From positions 118,330-182,329 of the IMG/VR virus record IMGVR_UViG_3300026097_001223: a stretch of 64,000 nt of DNA; one strand, given 5' to 3'. A program made the translations under genes and the position numbers. Of this stretch, positions 35,760 to 45,268 are shown in pieces (position 1 is the stretch's first letter; every line of letters begins with the position of its first letter). This DNA is from a virus. The notes beneath the pieces are model-generated. The model saw only the letters and a list, made by a program, of their open reading frames with translations. It did no database searches and had not been told where the DNA came from.

Positions 35760-36809
35760 ATGACTAGTTCAATTGTACCGGCTGATATCGATGGCACTTA
35801 TCCGATTGCCGGACAAGACAACGATTCACAAGGGTTCAGAGACAACTTTACCAATATCAAAAACAACTTCGAGCGAGCAGCTGACGAACTCACTGATCTG
35901 CAGGCCAAAGTTGTACTGAAAAGTGCTCTCACCGGTACCAGCAGTGTAAACAACAACATGGGCGGCGTGGTTATTTCCAGTGCCAAACTACAGGATACAC
36001 GACTAACACACGTGGATCTAGGCACTGTTAGCGGCACTGTAAACGTTAACTACGGACTAGGACATTACCAAAGTGCTACACTAGGTGCTAGCACCACAAT
36101 TGATTTTGGAAGTACATTCCCAGGAAGCACATTGAACAGTGCAGGGTTTATTATTCTGCAAATTAAAATCACAGACACTGCATACACATTGACATTTGCT
36201 AGTCCAGTTGGCAATGGCGATGCTGCCAAGAGCTTAAGCAGTTTGCAAGGTGTATCGGGGCAAACTATTACGTTTGCGGAAACAGGCACATATGAATTTG
36301 AATTTTATACCACTGACGGCGGCGACACTGTGTTTGTCAATGAACTCACTCGCCCAAGAGGTGTGTTTCAAGACACTGCCACATTTGCCGGCGGTGTAGA
36401 TGTTACAGCGAATACCGCTGCAACCAGTACCAGCACTGGCAGTATAGTCACAGCCGGCGGTGCCGGTATTGCAGGCAGTATAGCAGTAGGTGGATTGTAT
36501 CTTGATAAAAACACCAAGGGCGATGTTACCGGTGATGAAAGTCTCAGTTTAAGTACCAGTGTAGATGTGTTTACTACCAGTGCTAATACAGCAGTAACAC
36601 TGGGCACTGGTGTCGAGGGACAGTACAAAACATTGATTGCCAACGATGTATCAAGTGGTAACGTAACATGCACACTGGATACAGTAGGCGAAAGCGGTTG
36701 GGGCGGCAGTGGCGAAATCCTGTTCAGCAACAACGGCGAAGCCTGCACACTGATCTACACCAGCAGCAAATGGTTTGCTGTGGGCAATAACGGTGCAACC
36801 TTCTCTTAA
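35760..36809 (+). CDS. virion structural (tail/baseplate) protein
   Basis: YPIAGQDNDSQGFRDNF.NIK.N N-terminal motif; late promoter at 35723; beta-rich. Confidence 0.65.
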   Translation: MTSSIVPADIDGTYPIAGQDNDSQGFRDNFTNIKNNFERAADELTDLQAKVVLKSALTGTSSVNNNMGGVVISSAKLQDTRLTHVDLGTVSGTVNVNYGLGHYQSATLGASTTIDFGSTFPGSTLNSAGFIILQIKITDTAYTLTFASPVGNGDAAKSLSSLQGVSGQTITFAETGTYEFEFYTTDGGDTVFVNELTRPRGVFQDTATFAGGVDVTANTAATSTSTGSIVTAGGAGIAGSIAVGGLYLDKNTKGDVTGDESLSLSTSVDVFTTSANTAVTLGTGVEGQYKTLIANDVSSGNVTCTLDTVGESGWGGSGEILFSNNGEACTLIYTSSKWFAVGNNGATFS

Positions 36810-36846
36810 GGTTGCATTGTTGCTTTCTTTCTGTTAGTATACTTGT

Positions 36847-37074
36847 ATGCAACATCCACTAATTGGCAACTTAGATGATCTTTCACTGGATCAACTTCAT
36901 GAAAAAATCGCCGAGCTTAATAGCAAAATGACCTTTGCTATTAGTTCGGGCAATGAACACTTGATTAATCAAATCTACATGGCACTAGAAAGCTATCAAA
37001 CTGAATACAAAAAACGCACACAAGCAAGTCAAAAACCTGATCAAGACTTTTCGGACAAAATCGACATTTCATGA
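36847..37074 (+). CDS. hypothetical protein
   Basis: Preceded by TTGCAT-17-TAGTAT (36812-36840); MQHPLI.NL..LS...L..KI.EL..K. Confidence 0.65.
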   Translation: MQHPLIGNLDDLSLDQLHEKIAELNSKMTFAISSGNEHLINQIYMALESYQTEYKKRTQASQKPDQDFSDKIDIS

Positions 37075-37577
37075 TACGAGATAATGTAGGGCAACTGATT
37101 GCCACTGATCAAGATCTGATCAATGCAATAATGAGCGACAATCTAGAACTGTTTCAGCGCACTGTGTTAGTGGATTCATCTGTGGATATCAACAGTATTG
37201 CTTTGCAGTTAGAAGACTGTAACTTACAAACTGCCGGCAGTTATAACACAGTCGACGAGTTTGATGAAAAAAATCAAGCAAATTGGCACATGCCCGATGA
37301 ATACAAAAATATGGATATTGCAGAACACGTGCTTGGATTATGCAACGGCGAAGCTGAACTGCAACGTGCCGGGCATGAACTATTGCTGTATCAAGAACGT
37401 GATTTGTTTGATCTGCTGTGTTATTGCGTTTATCTAGTTGATACCATGAAAGATAACAATATCATTTGGGGCGTAGGCCGCGGCAGTAGTGTAAGCAGTT
37501 TTGTGTTATATCTAATTGGTATACACCAGGTAAACAGCTTGTACTATGAATTACCAGTGGAAGAATTTCTACGTTAA
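37071..37577 (+). CDS. DNA polymerase III alpha (DnaE)-like fragment
   Basis: MP.EY..MDI..HVL..C...RA..EL.LY...WGVGRGSSVSSFVLYLIGIH.V..L.Y.L...F; stops before the PDIDxD catalytic motif. Confidence 0.75.
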   Translation: MIRDNVGQLIATDQDLINAIMSDNLELFQRTVLVDSSVDINSIALQLEDCNLQTAGSYNTVDEFDEKNQANWHMPDEYKNMDIAEHVLGLCNGEAELQRAGHELLLYQERDLFDLLCYCVYLVDTMKDNNIIWGVGRGSSVSSFVLYLIGIHQVNSLYYELPVEEFLR

Positions 37578-37602
37578 ATACCCACGCAGAAGAGGGAATA
37601 CA

Positions 37603-38124
37603 ATGAATAGACGAATTTATACATCTGCTAGAGGCAAAAAAATTGACCTAGGCGATGTGATGTTAAAGAATGAAGATGTCCGTGCTGTTGGCAACATGCC
37701 AGTGAATGCTCGCGGTGACATTATCGACAGCAACAATAAAACAGTAGTGCCTCGAAACAAAAATGTAGCAAAACACTACAGCAAACAAACCAACGTTGTT
37801 GATGAGCCTGTGTTTGCAACCAAAGCCGAAGCCAGAGCCGCAAAAGCAAAAACTGTTGATGATACTGAATCAGCAGACGAGCAAACACCTGTAACCGTAG
37901 TAGAACCTACGATACAGGAACAAGTCTCAGAGAAGCCATCTGAAACTGAATCTATTGTGGAACAGGCAGCCGAGGAAATGATGGAAGAGGTAGAAGAAAC
38001 TGAATCCACGGACCAGCAAGAAGACAAACCATCTGGGCTAGCGGCAGCAATTGCAAAAAGTCGCAAGGTCACACAAACTAAAACCACGCCACCTGGCAAG
38101 AAAAAGAAAAACATGAGACTGTAA
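37603..38124 (+). CDS. phage hypothetical protein with acidic low-complexity middle
   Basis: GAGG RBS; Y.SARGK.ID...NE...AVGNM.VNARGD. Confidence 0.7.
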   Translation: MNRRIYTSARGKKIDLGDVMLKNEDVRAVGNMPVNARGDIIDSNNKTVVPRNKNVAKHYSKQTNVVDEPVFATKAEARAAKAKTVDDTESADEQTPVTVVEPTIQEQVSEKPSETESIVEQAAEEMMEEVEETESTDQQEDKPSGLAAAIAKSRKVTQTKTTPPGKKKKNMRL

Positions 38125-38133
38125 GGAGAATAA

Positions 38134-38577
38134 ATGAAACTGGATGCAGGCGGATCACAAAAGTACCTACGCCCACTAGAAGGCTTTAAATCAATTCGTG
38201 CATTGCATGATGATGTACTGGTTGTTGATATGAATTTTGAAGCAAGACTAAGTGCAGGCGGTATTTTCATACTAGGAGACGATGGCACTCAAAGAGGACT
38301 ACGCCCACGCTGGGGACTGGTGTACACTGTAGGACCTGATCAAACTGATGTAAAAGCAGGGCAATGGATATTGGTAGAACACGGTCGCTGGACTCGCGGT
38401 TTTGAGTTTATCAACAGCGAAGGTGATACACAAACCTTGAGAAAAGTAGATCCAGAGTGTATACTGTTGGTCAGTGATGAAGACCCTACCGGTTACATTG
38501 ATTCTATAAATGCAGATGAAATTGATACCAGCCCTGGTGTTCAACATCGCCCAGAAGATTTCGGTGCTGGACAATAA
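38134..38577 (+). CDS. groES: GroES-like co-chaperonin
   Basis: IRALHDDVLV, SAGGIFI, PRWG.V..VGP, VKAGQWILV..G.W. Confidence 0.75.
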   Translation: MKLDAGGSQKYLRPLEGFKSIRALHDDVLVVDMNFEARLSAGGIFILGDDGTQRGLRPRWGLVYTVGPDQTDVKAGQWILVEHGRWTRGFEFINSEGDTQTLRKVDPECILLVSDEDPTGYIDSINADEIDTSPGVQHRPEDFGAGQ

Positions 38578-38722
38578 CAATCAGTCTAGTGCGGATCCTG
38601 AGAACACTGTTCCACAGGAGGTATGCGACTATGACTTTAGCGATGCCCCGGAGTGGGCTGTTCCCCGAGAGTGGTTTATCGAAGGCCGCTACGATCTTGA
38701 ACAAGACATAATATAATCCACT

Positions 38723-38890
38723 ATGAAAACAGCCTGGGAATATTGGTGCAAGGCCATTGGCCAGAAAGCCTATGATGATAGTAACAAGGCAGATCATGTT
38801 GCAATTATCCGAACTGGATGGGTGCTCTTGCATGTTGTAACCTGTTGTGCTATAATAGCAGGAAATGGACGCACACTAGGATTTTGGTAA
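38723..38890 (+). CDS. 55-aa membrane protein (not in the ORF track)
   Basis: MKTAWEYWCKAIGQKAYDDSNKADHVAIIRTGWVLLHVVTCCAIIAGNGRTLGFW. Confidence 0.55.
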   Translation: MKTAWEYWCKAIGQKAYDDSNKADHVAIIRTGWVLLHVVTCCAIIAGNGRTLGFW

Positions 38891-39004
38891 TGAATATAAA
38901 TGATTACAACAGAGAAGACGGCTGGTTATTAGTAAGTGTGTACGCATTCGGCTTGATTCTACATAACAAATACACAAAACAAACTGTGAGGGTACCGCAA
39001 GAGC

Positions 39005-39922
39005 ATGAATAATCTTTGGGTTGAAAAATACAGACCAAGTACTGTTGATGGTTATGTGTTTCGCGACGAAGCACAGCGAACACAGGTTAACAATTGGGTC
39101 AAGGAAGGCACTGTTCCGCATTTGCTTTTTTCTGGTGCAGCAGGAGTAGGTAAAACTACACTTGCTAGAATATTAATCAATCAACTTGAAGTCAGTGAAT
39201 ATGATGTGCTAGAGATCAACGCCAGTCGTGAGAACAGTGTTGATACTATTCGTGACAAGATCACTGGCTTTGTTAGCACATTGCCGTTTGGTGATTTTAA
39301 AGTTGTGCTACTAGACGAGGCTGATTATATTTCGCCCAATGGGCAGGCAGCACTGCGCGGTGTAATGGAAACCTATCATGCCAGTGCACGATTTATACTA
39401 ACCTGTAACTATCCGAACAAGATTATCCCTGCATTACACAGTCGCTGTCAAGGATTCCACATTGACAAAATTGATCAAGTGGAGTTTACAGCTCGTGCCG
39501 CTACTGTGCTAGTAGAAGAAGGTGTAGAGTTTGAATTGGACATTCTCGACAGCTATGTTAAAGCAACCTATCCAGATCTGCGTAAATGCTTGAATACACT
39601 GCAACAGAACAGTACAGACGGTGCATTGAAAGACCCAGCGGAAGATGTGTCAGCAGCAAATGATTGGAAACTGCAGGCTGTTAACTTGTTCAAGAGTGGC
39701 GATATCAAACAGGCTAGAACTGTGATGTGTAGCAGTGTACGTCCTGAAGAAATGGATGATGCATATCGTTGGTTGTATGACAATTTGGATCTGTGGAGTA
39801 CAGATGAGGAAATCCAAGATCAAGCTATCGTGATTATTCGCAACGGGCTAGTAAATCACAGCCTTGTTGCAGATCCGGAGATCAATCTCAGTGCTACGCT
39901 AATTGAGTTGACCGCTCTCTAA
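39005..39922 (+). CDS. sliding-clamp loader AAA+ subunit (RFC small subunit/T4 gp44-like)
   Basis: LWVEKYRP, GAAGVGKTT, EINASRE, LLDEAD, FILTCNY, SRC. Confidence 0.92.
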   Translation: MNNLWVEKYRPSTVDGYVFRDEAQRTQVNNWVKEGTVPHLLFSGAAGVGKTTLARILINQLEVSEYDVLEINASRENSVDTIRDKITGFVSTLPFGDFKVVLLDEADYISPNGQAALRGVMETYHASARFILTCNYPNKIIPALHSRCQGFHIDKIDQVEFTARAATVLVEEGVEFELDILDSYVKATYPDLRKCLNTLQQNSTDGALKDPAEDVSAANDWKLQAVNLFKSGDIKQARTVMCSSVRPEEMDDAYRWLYDNLDLWSTDEEIQDQAIVIIRNGLVNHSLVADPEINLSATLIELTAL

Positions 39923-40642
39923 CAGTTGTTTCCATAATTGTTCAAACCAATCAAGGTTGCTGTTTTCTTGTACTCGAACCCATGAACGGTAACCTTGATT
40001 CTTTTCCAAAAACTCTGTGTAAATTTGCTCCAGGCTGTCTGTTGGTTCAAACGTCTTGCTAAGAAAACACGCTACACTGTTTAACTCGGCGATAAAAGTA
40101 TCATAGCAGAAAAAATTTTCAAAAGCAAAGTCGTAACATGAATTATTGCACGGTTGCCAATCATGTGAAAACTGTGTGATCTTATGTATAAACAAACTTT
40201 CAAGTTCTTGAACTGTGTACACAGACTTGTTGCCAATGTCGGCCTGTAAACTGGCTAACAGTTGTCTACCTTGCTCGCAGGCTAGTAGTTGTGATTCGGT
40301 ATCTTGAGCTAACTCTCCGAGGTTGATATTATTACCGTTTGTTCGTGCATAATGATTTATCAATACCAGCGGATATAATTTACTAGGCACAACAATACGT
40401 ATTACCTGTTCCCCTGGATTATAACTTAGTTTTTTCCCGCTCCAATGCCAGGCCTGCACAGGTCTGTTATTAAAATCAGAATGCCAGGTCCCATGGCTGT
40501 TGCCATTGTTTGTAAACCAGTTGTCATCGGCATATACTGGGTCGTTGAGCACGAATCTCGAAATAATTCTTTCCAGGAAATTACCATGGCTGCCGGCAAC
40601 AAAGTCAATTTTTATTTTGGTAAAATTCTTGCCTTTTTGCAT
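39899..40642 (-). CDS. hypothetical protein, distantly sulfotransferase/P-loop-like
   Basis: IDFVAGSHGNFLE N-terminal strand-loop; convergent overlap with the clamp loader. Confidence 0.55.
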   Translation of the reverse strand: MQKGKNFTKIKIDFVAGSHGNFLERIISRFVLNDPVYADDNWFTNNGNSHGTWHSDFNNRPVQAWHWSGKKLSYNPGEQVIRIVVPSKLYPLVLINHYARTNGNNINLGELAQDTESQLLACEQGRQLLASLQADIGNKSVYTVQELESLFIHKITQFSHDWQPCNNSCYDFAFENFFCYDTFIAELNSVACFLSKTFEPTDSLEQIYTEFLEKNQGYRSWVRVQENSNLDWFEQLWKQLLESGQLN

Positions 40643-41279
40643 GATGGTAGTTCACTCTGCTTCGAACGTGGTTCTTGGTAAAAAGTTTGCCACGGTAATA
40701 AACTTCGTCGGGACTGTGACTTCGGCTTAATGCAACCTGCCAGATATGTTTTGCATGTTCAGGAAAATTCATACCTAACACATTTTGTAGAATTTGCCAG
40801 CCATTGTCGTTGAGCATGTCAGCTAATGTTACTGTACTTGCACCCGATATTGTAACGCCGTTGTTACCGTGTAAAGAAACTTCGCATTCATGCTCAATTT
40901 TTTTACACATTTCTTGCACAGTTAACTTTTCTGCCGAATTAAACATAAATGATTTTACAATATGTTCCCAGGCTCTTTTAACACATTGCTCGATGTCTGT
41001 GTGGTCATGTAAAATGTAAATAGCTTTATCGTAGTCGTCAAGCATATCCTCACGTCGTGACAGCACCCACTGAAATTCAGAAATTCTTTTTAGTCCCGAG
41101 TGTTCCTTGTACACCTGATATTTCCCTGGATAATTTCCAGGATTTTTATTTTGTATAGTCCTGCCTGTGTACGAATCAATGTTCCAAGATTGCTGGACAT
41201 CTGGATTTAACATTCTTATGAGATATTGTTGAACAAAATCTGTGCGTACTCCGCCAGGACCGGAAACCAGTATATTCAT
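40605..41279 (-). CDS. hypothetical protein, distantly sulfotransferase/P-loop-like
   Basis: ILVSGPGGVRTDFV; ATG 6 nt after a minus-strand TATAAATA. Confidence 0.55.
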   Translation of the reverse strand: MNILVSGPGGVRTDFVQQYLIRMLNPDVQQSWNIDSYTGRTIQNKNPGNYPGKYQVYKEHSGLKRISEFQWVLSRREDMLDDYDKAIYILHDHTDIEQCVKRAWEHIVKSFMFNSAEKLTVQEMCKKIEHECEVSLHGNNGVTISGASTVTLADMLNDNGWQILQNVLGMNFPEHAKHIWQVALSRSHSPDEVYYRGKLFTKNHVRSRVNYHHAKRQEFYQNKN

Positions 41280-41285
41280 AATGTC

Positions 41286-41302
41286 TATTTATAAACTAAA
41301 TA
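41286..41302. promoter_or_regulatory. back-to-back divergent late promoters
   Basis: Minus-strand TATAAATA (41293-41286) and plus-strand TAAATA (41297-41302) in a 28-nt intergenic gap. Confidence 0.65.
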
Positions 41303-41307
41303 GTTGT

Positions 41308-41847
41308 ATGAAAGAAGATATCTTCAAAGGCGACACTGATTATTGGCAGGTAGCCGAACTTATAAAAAATGTATACTTTAGCGAAGGAACGCTGGCTACG
41401 CTCATGGATTATGAACGTGTACTCGATCAGCTAGACATCTATGCTTTTCGTAATTGGGCACTAGGTGAACTGGTTGACGGTCCAGACATTTCGCGCTATA
41501 AGGTGAGTGCTACCTGGATGTATCCAATAAAAAACATGCCAGATCCTAGAGGCGCTGCTAGATTGTTGCCGTTTGATGCAGAAGTAAAATATAAAAAAAC
41601 CACAATCACTGTGCCTATCAAAGTCACAGATCCCAGTGACTTTCGCCCGGGAACACACAAGCCTAAATTGATAAAAAAACCTGTGTGGTTAGTAGAAATC
41701 ACACTGCCCAAGAGTCTCATGACCGACATACAAAAAGGCAGCATTGAGCTAGAAGACGAAATCATTGACCTCAGCGAAATTGAAGACAGTTACGCAGAGG
41801 ATCTCGATCAAGAACAGTACCAAGACACAGAAGAGACACAACTATGA
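41308..41847 (+). CDS. jumbo-phage late hypothetical protein
   Basis: L.DYERVLDQLDIYAF.NW..GELV.GP...RY.V..TWMYP...MPDPRGA.RL; ATG 5 nt after TAAATA. Confidence 0.7.
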   Translation: MKEDIFKGDTDYWQVAELIKNVYFSEGTLATLMDYERVLDQLDIYAFRNWALGELVDGPDISRYKVSATWMYPIKNMPDPRGAARLLPFDAEVKYKKTTITVPIKVTDPSDFRPGTHKPKLIKKPVWLVEITLPKSLMTDIQKGSIELEDEIIDLSEIEDSYAEDLDQEQYQDTEETQL

Positions 41848-42371
41848 GCCTGGATTACAAAGACCTCGAGGGCATGCTTGACAACACTGTCAGTATTGAC
41901 AAATACGAAAGTAAAATGGGCGACGATGATGACATTGTTACTCTAGGGTTCATGGTTAAAGACGAACAGGCCGCCGACGATCTAGTGAATTGGTTTGAAA
42001 AAGGCTACGACTTTGTGATGGATGCTGATCGTTCACCCGGAGAAATCAAGCCAAATAGATTTCTTGTTTTTGTTGAACTCAAGCGCAGAACCAATGTGCC
42101 AGAGCATGTAGAAAGACTGTTGAATGATTTAGAAACTCTAACTGATCTTGATCTAGCTGATTGGAAGTTTGAATACAAGAAAAACAGTCAACCATGGAGT
42201 CAAGACGAACTCAGCAGACAGGTGCCACTGAGTCCTGCAACCTACCGTCGAGAAGAGCAAGCCTTTGATAGTGATCTCGATGCAATGAAAACCACTGCTG
42301 GACTTGACATAGAAGCCAAGCAAGTGGTTGATAAAGATCTCAAGGACATGCAAAACATCGCAGGTATCTAA
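41844..42371 (+). CDS. jumbo-phage late hypothetical protein
   Basis: VSID.YESKMG.DDDI.TL.F.V....AA.DLV.WFEKGY.FV.DAD.SPGE. Confidence 0.7.
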   Translation: MSLDYKDLEGMLDNTVSIDKYESKMGDDDDIVTLGFMVKDEQAADDLVNWFEKGYDFVMDADRSPGEIKPNRFLVFVELKRRTNVPEHVERLLNDLETLTDLDLADWKFEYKKNSQPWSQDELSRQVPLSPATYRREEQAFDSDLDAMKTTAGLDIEAKQVVDKDLKDMQNIAGI

Positions 42372-43102
42372 ATTTTGCGATAGCTGAAAAACAGTCTGTT
42401 GTTTGAGTCACGCTTGAACGTAAGCAAGTCTAGATTGTACTTTAATGCCAGTTCTTGTGCAACTTCAAAACTCCAAGGAAAAATATCGACATAAGGGCCG
42501 TTTTTATGTGAGATCCCTGGGTTGGCTCTTAGATAGAATGAGCCACCTGTTTTTAACAGATCTACACAATGAGAAAAACGAGCTTCGATCTCATCTCTGC
42601 TGTTAAAGTTAATACTGCCTAGTGCAATGACCACATCATATGTTTCTTTTAACACTGTGTACTCTAGTACATCAACCATGTAATCAGCATTGTCGTTGTA
42701 AGGATCAATGCCCACAATGTTCTGAACTCGTTCTTTAAATGGATGGTAGCCACAGCCAACATCCAATACTGCCTCTGGCTCTAGCTCGTTGATTTCTTTA
42801 ACCAAGCTCCAACCCGTATAATTGTAATCGTCAGTTCTTGGTCTCCACATTTCTTGAAAAAATCTATGGCTGTATTTTCTGTCGAGATCTGCTACAGCAT
42901 CTTCAATGGTTTTATCTAGATCAATTTCAAACCACGCTTCCTGCTCAATAGCTTGTATAAACTTGCGTTGCCTTGCCGGAGTCCACGGTAGGCTGTTGAG
43001 CACAGTGTGTTTATCTATGCTGTTTCTCACTGATTCAAAGCGATCTAAATGAAACGCTTCGTTGATTTTTTCAGTAACCAGTGCAAAAATTTTAGTGTTC
43101 AT
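42368..43102 (-). CDS. class I SAM-dependent methyltransferase
   Basis: VLDVGCG, GIDPYND.AD, YDVVIALGSINF; AAGGA RBS before ATG 43102. Confidence 0.8.
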   Translation of the reverse strand: MNTKIFALVTEKINEAFHLDRFESVRNSIDKHTVLNSLPWTPARQRKFIQAIEQEAWFEIDLDKTIEDAVADLDRKYSHRFFQEMWRPRTDDYNYTGWSLVKEINELEPEAVLDVGCGYHPFKERVQNIVGIDPYNDNADYMVDVLEYTVLKETYDVVIALGSINFNSRDEIEARFSHCVDLLKTGGSFYLRANPGISHKNGPYVDIFPWSFEVAQELALKYNLDLLTFKRDSNNRLFFSYRKI

Positions 43103-43184
43103 TAAAAAATTTCCTTTTCGAGCAAAAAAATGTAAATACCAAGCAATTTTTTGCAATATAATATAATTATCTAAAAGGAAATAC

Positions 43185-43808
43185 ATGAAGTATATTTTTG
43201 TAGCTGGAGCACCGGGTAGTAAGTGGAGTTCAGTGGTTAAAAACATTTACTGGAGTCCAAGCTTGGATCAAAGTGACTATACAGAAGACAGAACCTATTG
43301 GCATGATGCCAGCGGCAAATATCAGCTTATGCACCTTGGCGCTTACTGGGATCCGGGCATGGAGTTCGGAAACAAGTTTGATCGGTTAAGCAGAACACCG
43401 CCAGAAATTGCAGAAAAAGAATTCCAACGTCCATTTAGAAAAGCCAAGGGCACTAAAATTATAAAAAGTCATGTGTTCTGTCATCAGTTGAATTATCTCA
43501 AAGAAGAGTTTCCAGATGATCCAAGGATTGTGGTACTGCGAGATTCAGACGCATGCCTGGGTTGGTGGGTGCGCTGTGGACACTTTGATATTACATATCC
43601 TGACTATGCAGAATACTATGTTGATTTAAAACACATGGCCAAGCAGATTGATCAGCAAAACACCGATGCAAGACAATTCTTGCAGGGAAATCCTGCAACC
43701 CAGGTACACAACAATCACGAACTTTGCCAGGCACTGGGCATACACCTACCGCCCAAGGAGTATGCTCAAGATTATGATAAAGCAAATATAGAAGTTTATC
43801 TAGCATGA
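43185..43808 (+). CDS. sulfotransferase/P-loop-like hypothetical protein
   Basis: IFVAGAPGSKWSSV, IIKSH, IVVLRD. Confidence 0.5.
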   Translation: MKYIFVAGAPGSKWSSVVKNIYWSPSLDQSDYTEDRTYWHDASGKYQLMHLGAYWDPGMEFGNKFDRLSRTPPEIAEKEFQRPFRKAKGTKIIKSHVFCHQLNYLKEEFPDDPRIVVLRDSDACLGWWVRCGHFDITYPDYAEYYVDLKHMAKQIDQQNTDARQFLQGNPATQVHNNHELCQALGIHLPPKEYAQDYDKANIEVYLA

Positions 43809-45259
43809 TAGAAATAGTCGCCGCAGTACTAGCAGGTACCGTTTACGGGTTAATCATTGGCATTATACCCAGTGCCGGCGCTACTACTGGACTGGTAGCA
43901 CTGTTTGGATTTATCGGATGGTTCATGAGTTTTGATCCTTACCTGGGTGTGATATTCACTATGGCAGTTGTTGCTGCTAGTACCACAGGCGACAGTTTCA
44001 GTGGTGTATTGTTGGGTATACCTGGCGCCAACAGCGCGGCTGCTACAATGGTAGATGGATTTCCATTGGCACTGCAAGGACGAGCAACATATGCACTCAC
44101 AGCCGCAGTTGTAACAAGCACAGCAAACGGATTAATCTGGGGCACACTGACCTTTGCACTGTTGCCTTGGTACAGTCAGTTGATCATGGTGTTTGGTATT
44201 CCCGAGCTGTGGGCATTTGTTTTTCTTGCATTAACCACTGTGGGTTTTGTGAGCAGCAAATATTGGTTACGCAGCATACTGGCTATCCTAGTTGGGTGCT
44301 TTGTGGGCCTAATAGGTCTGGATCCAAACACAGCCGCAGATAGATTCACATTTGGCTGGGACTACCTAGGCGACGGTGTGCAGCTGATGCCGTTTGTAGC
44401 AGGACTGTTTGCAGTTCCAGAAATTGTAGATGGACTGGTCAACAGAAAACAAACTGCTGAAATTTCTCGAGAAGGGCAACGTGGACAAACCGTACAAGGT
44501 ATACGTGCTGTTTGGACGAATTGCTGGGACGGACTGCGTGGTGGAGTAATTGGTGCATTCATTGGACTGTTGCCCGGGCTTGGTGGAGCAATGAGTGATT
44601 GGATGGCCTATGGTGCAACCACAGCAGCAAACAAAAATGAATCAGTGCCATTTGGCAAAGGCAACATCAAAGGAGTAATTGGACCAGAAGGATCCAACAA
44701 TGCACAAAAAGCAACTTCAATGATTCCCACTGTGCTGTTTGGCATTCCAGGTGCCAGTTTTGCTGCCATTGTAATGGGGTTGTTTATGTATCTAGATTTT
44801 GAACTGGGCACGCCTGCGCTAGCTAGCGACACCAAGTTTTTTGACAGCATGTTTATAGGATTCATGGCCGCCACAGTGTTGGTATGTGCAATTTGTTTGA
44901 TGTTCACTAGACATATAGCCAAGATCACATACTTGCCATACTGGATTTACACACCAGCATTGCTGGCGTTTGTGGTGTGGTCTTGTGTTCAGTACACCGG
45001 CGGCTGGGAAGATTATGCTGTGTTTGTAATCTGTAGTGCGCTTGGTATATTTGCCAAGTATTACAAGTTCAGTCGTCCTAGTATGCTGATTGCATTTATT
45101 CTTGCAGAAAGAATAGAAGCACTTAGCCTGCAAATGAGCAACTTATATACCGTGGATATGTTGTTAGACCGTCCACTGTTTTTGACCCTGATAGCATGTG
45201 CTTTTGCAATGTTTGTCTGGGGTGTGTTCTTTAATCAGAACAAACTTGATTACACATGA
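43805..45259 (+). CDS. tctA: TctA-family permease (divergent second copy)
   Basis: GIIPSAGAT, LLGIPG...AAATMVDGFPLA.QGRA, GLLPGLGG, GPEGSNNA...SMIPTVLFGIPG, multiple TM. Confidence 0.85.
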   Translation: MIEIVAAVLAGTVYGLIIGIIPSAGATTGLVALFGFIGWFMSFDPYLGVIFTMAVVAASTTGDSFSGVLLGIPGANSAAATMVDGFPLALQGRATYALTAAVVTSTANGLIWGTLTFALLPWYSQLIMVFGIPELWAFVFLALTTVGFVSSKYWLRSILAILVGCFVGLIGLDPNTAADRFTFGWDYLGDGVQLMPFVAGLFAVPEIVDGLVNRKQTAEISREGQRGQTVQGIRAVWTNCWDGLRGGVIGAFIGLLPGLGGAMSDWMAYGATTAANKNESVPFGKGNIKGVIGPEGSNNAQKATSMIPTVLFGIPGASFAAIVMGLFMYLDFELGTPALASDTKFFDSMFIGFMAATVLVCAICLMFTRHIAKITYLPYWIYTPALLAFVVWSCVQYTGGWEDYAVFVICSALGIFAKYYKFSRPSMLIAFILAERIEALSLQMSNLYTVDMLLDRPLFLTLIACAFAMFVWGVFFNQNKLDYT

Positions 45260-45268
45260 GGAAATAAT

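Noticed and set aside
30040-36748. Long minus-strand ORFs within the structural genes (e.g. 30040-30783, 31327-31713, 36368-36748) and similar ones in clpA (53177-53861) and 17113-17718
   Set aside because: They are fully antisense to well-supported genes and are expected from the codon bias of G/N/T/A-rich proteins; no motifs.
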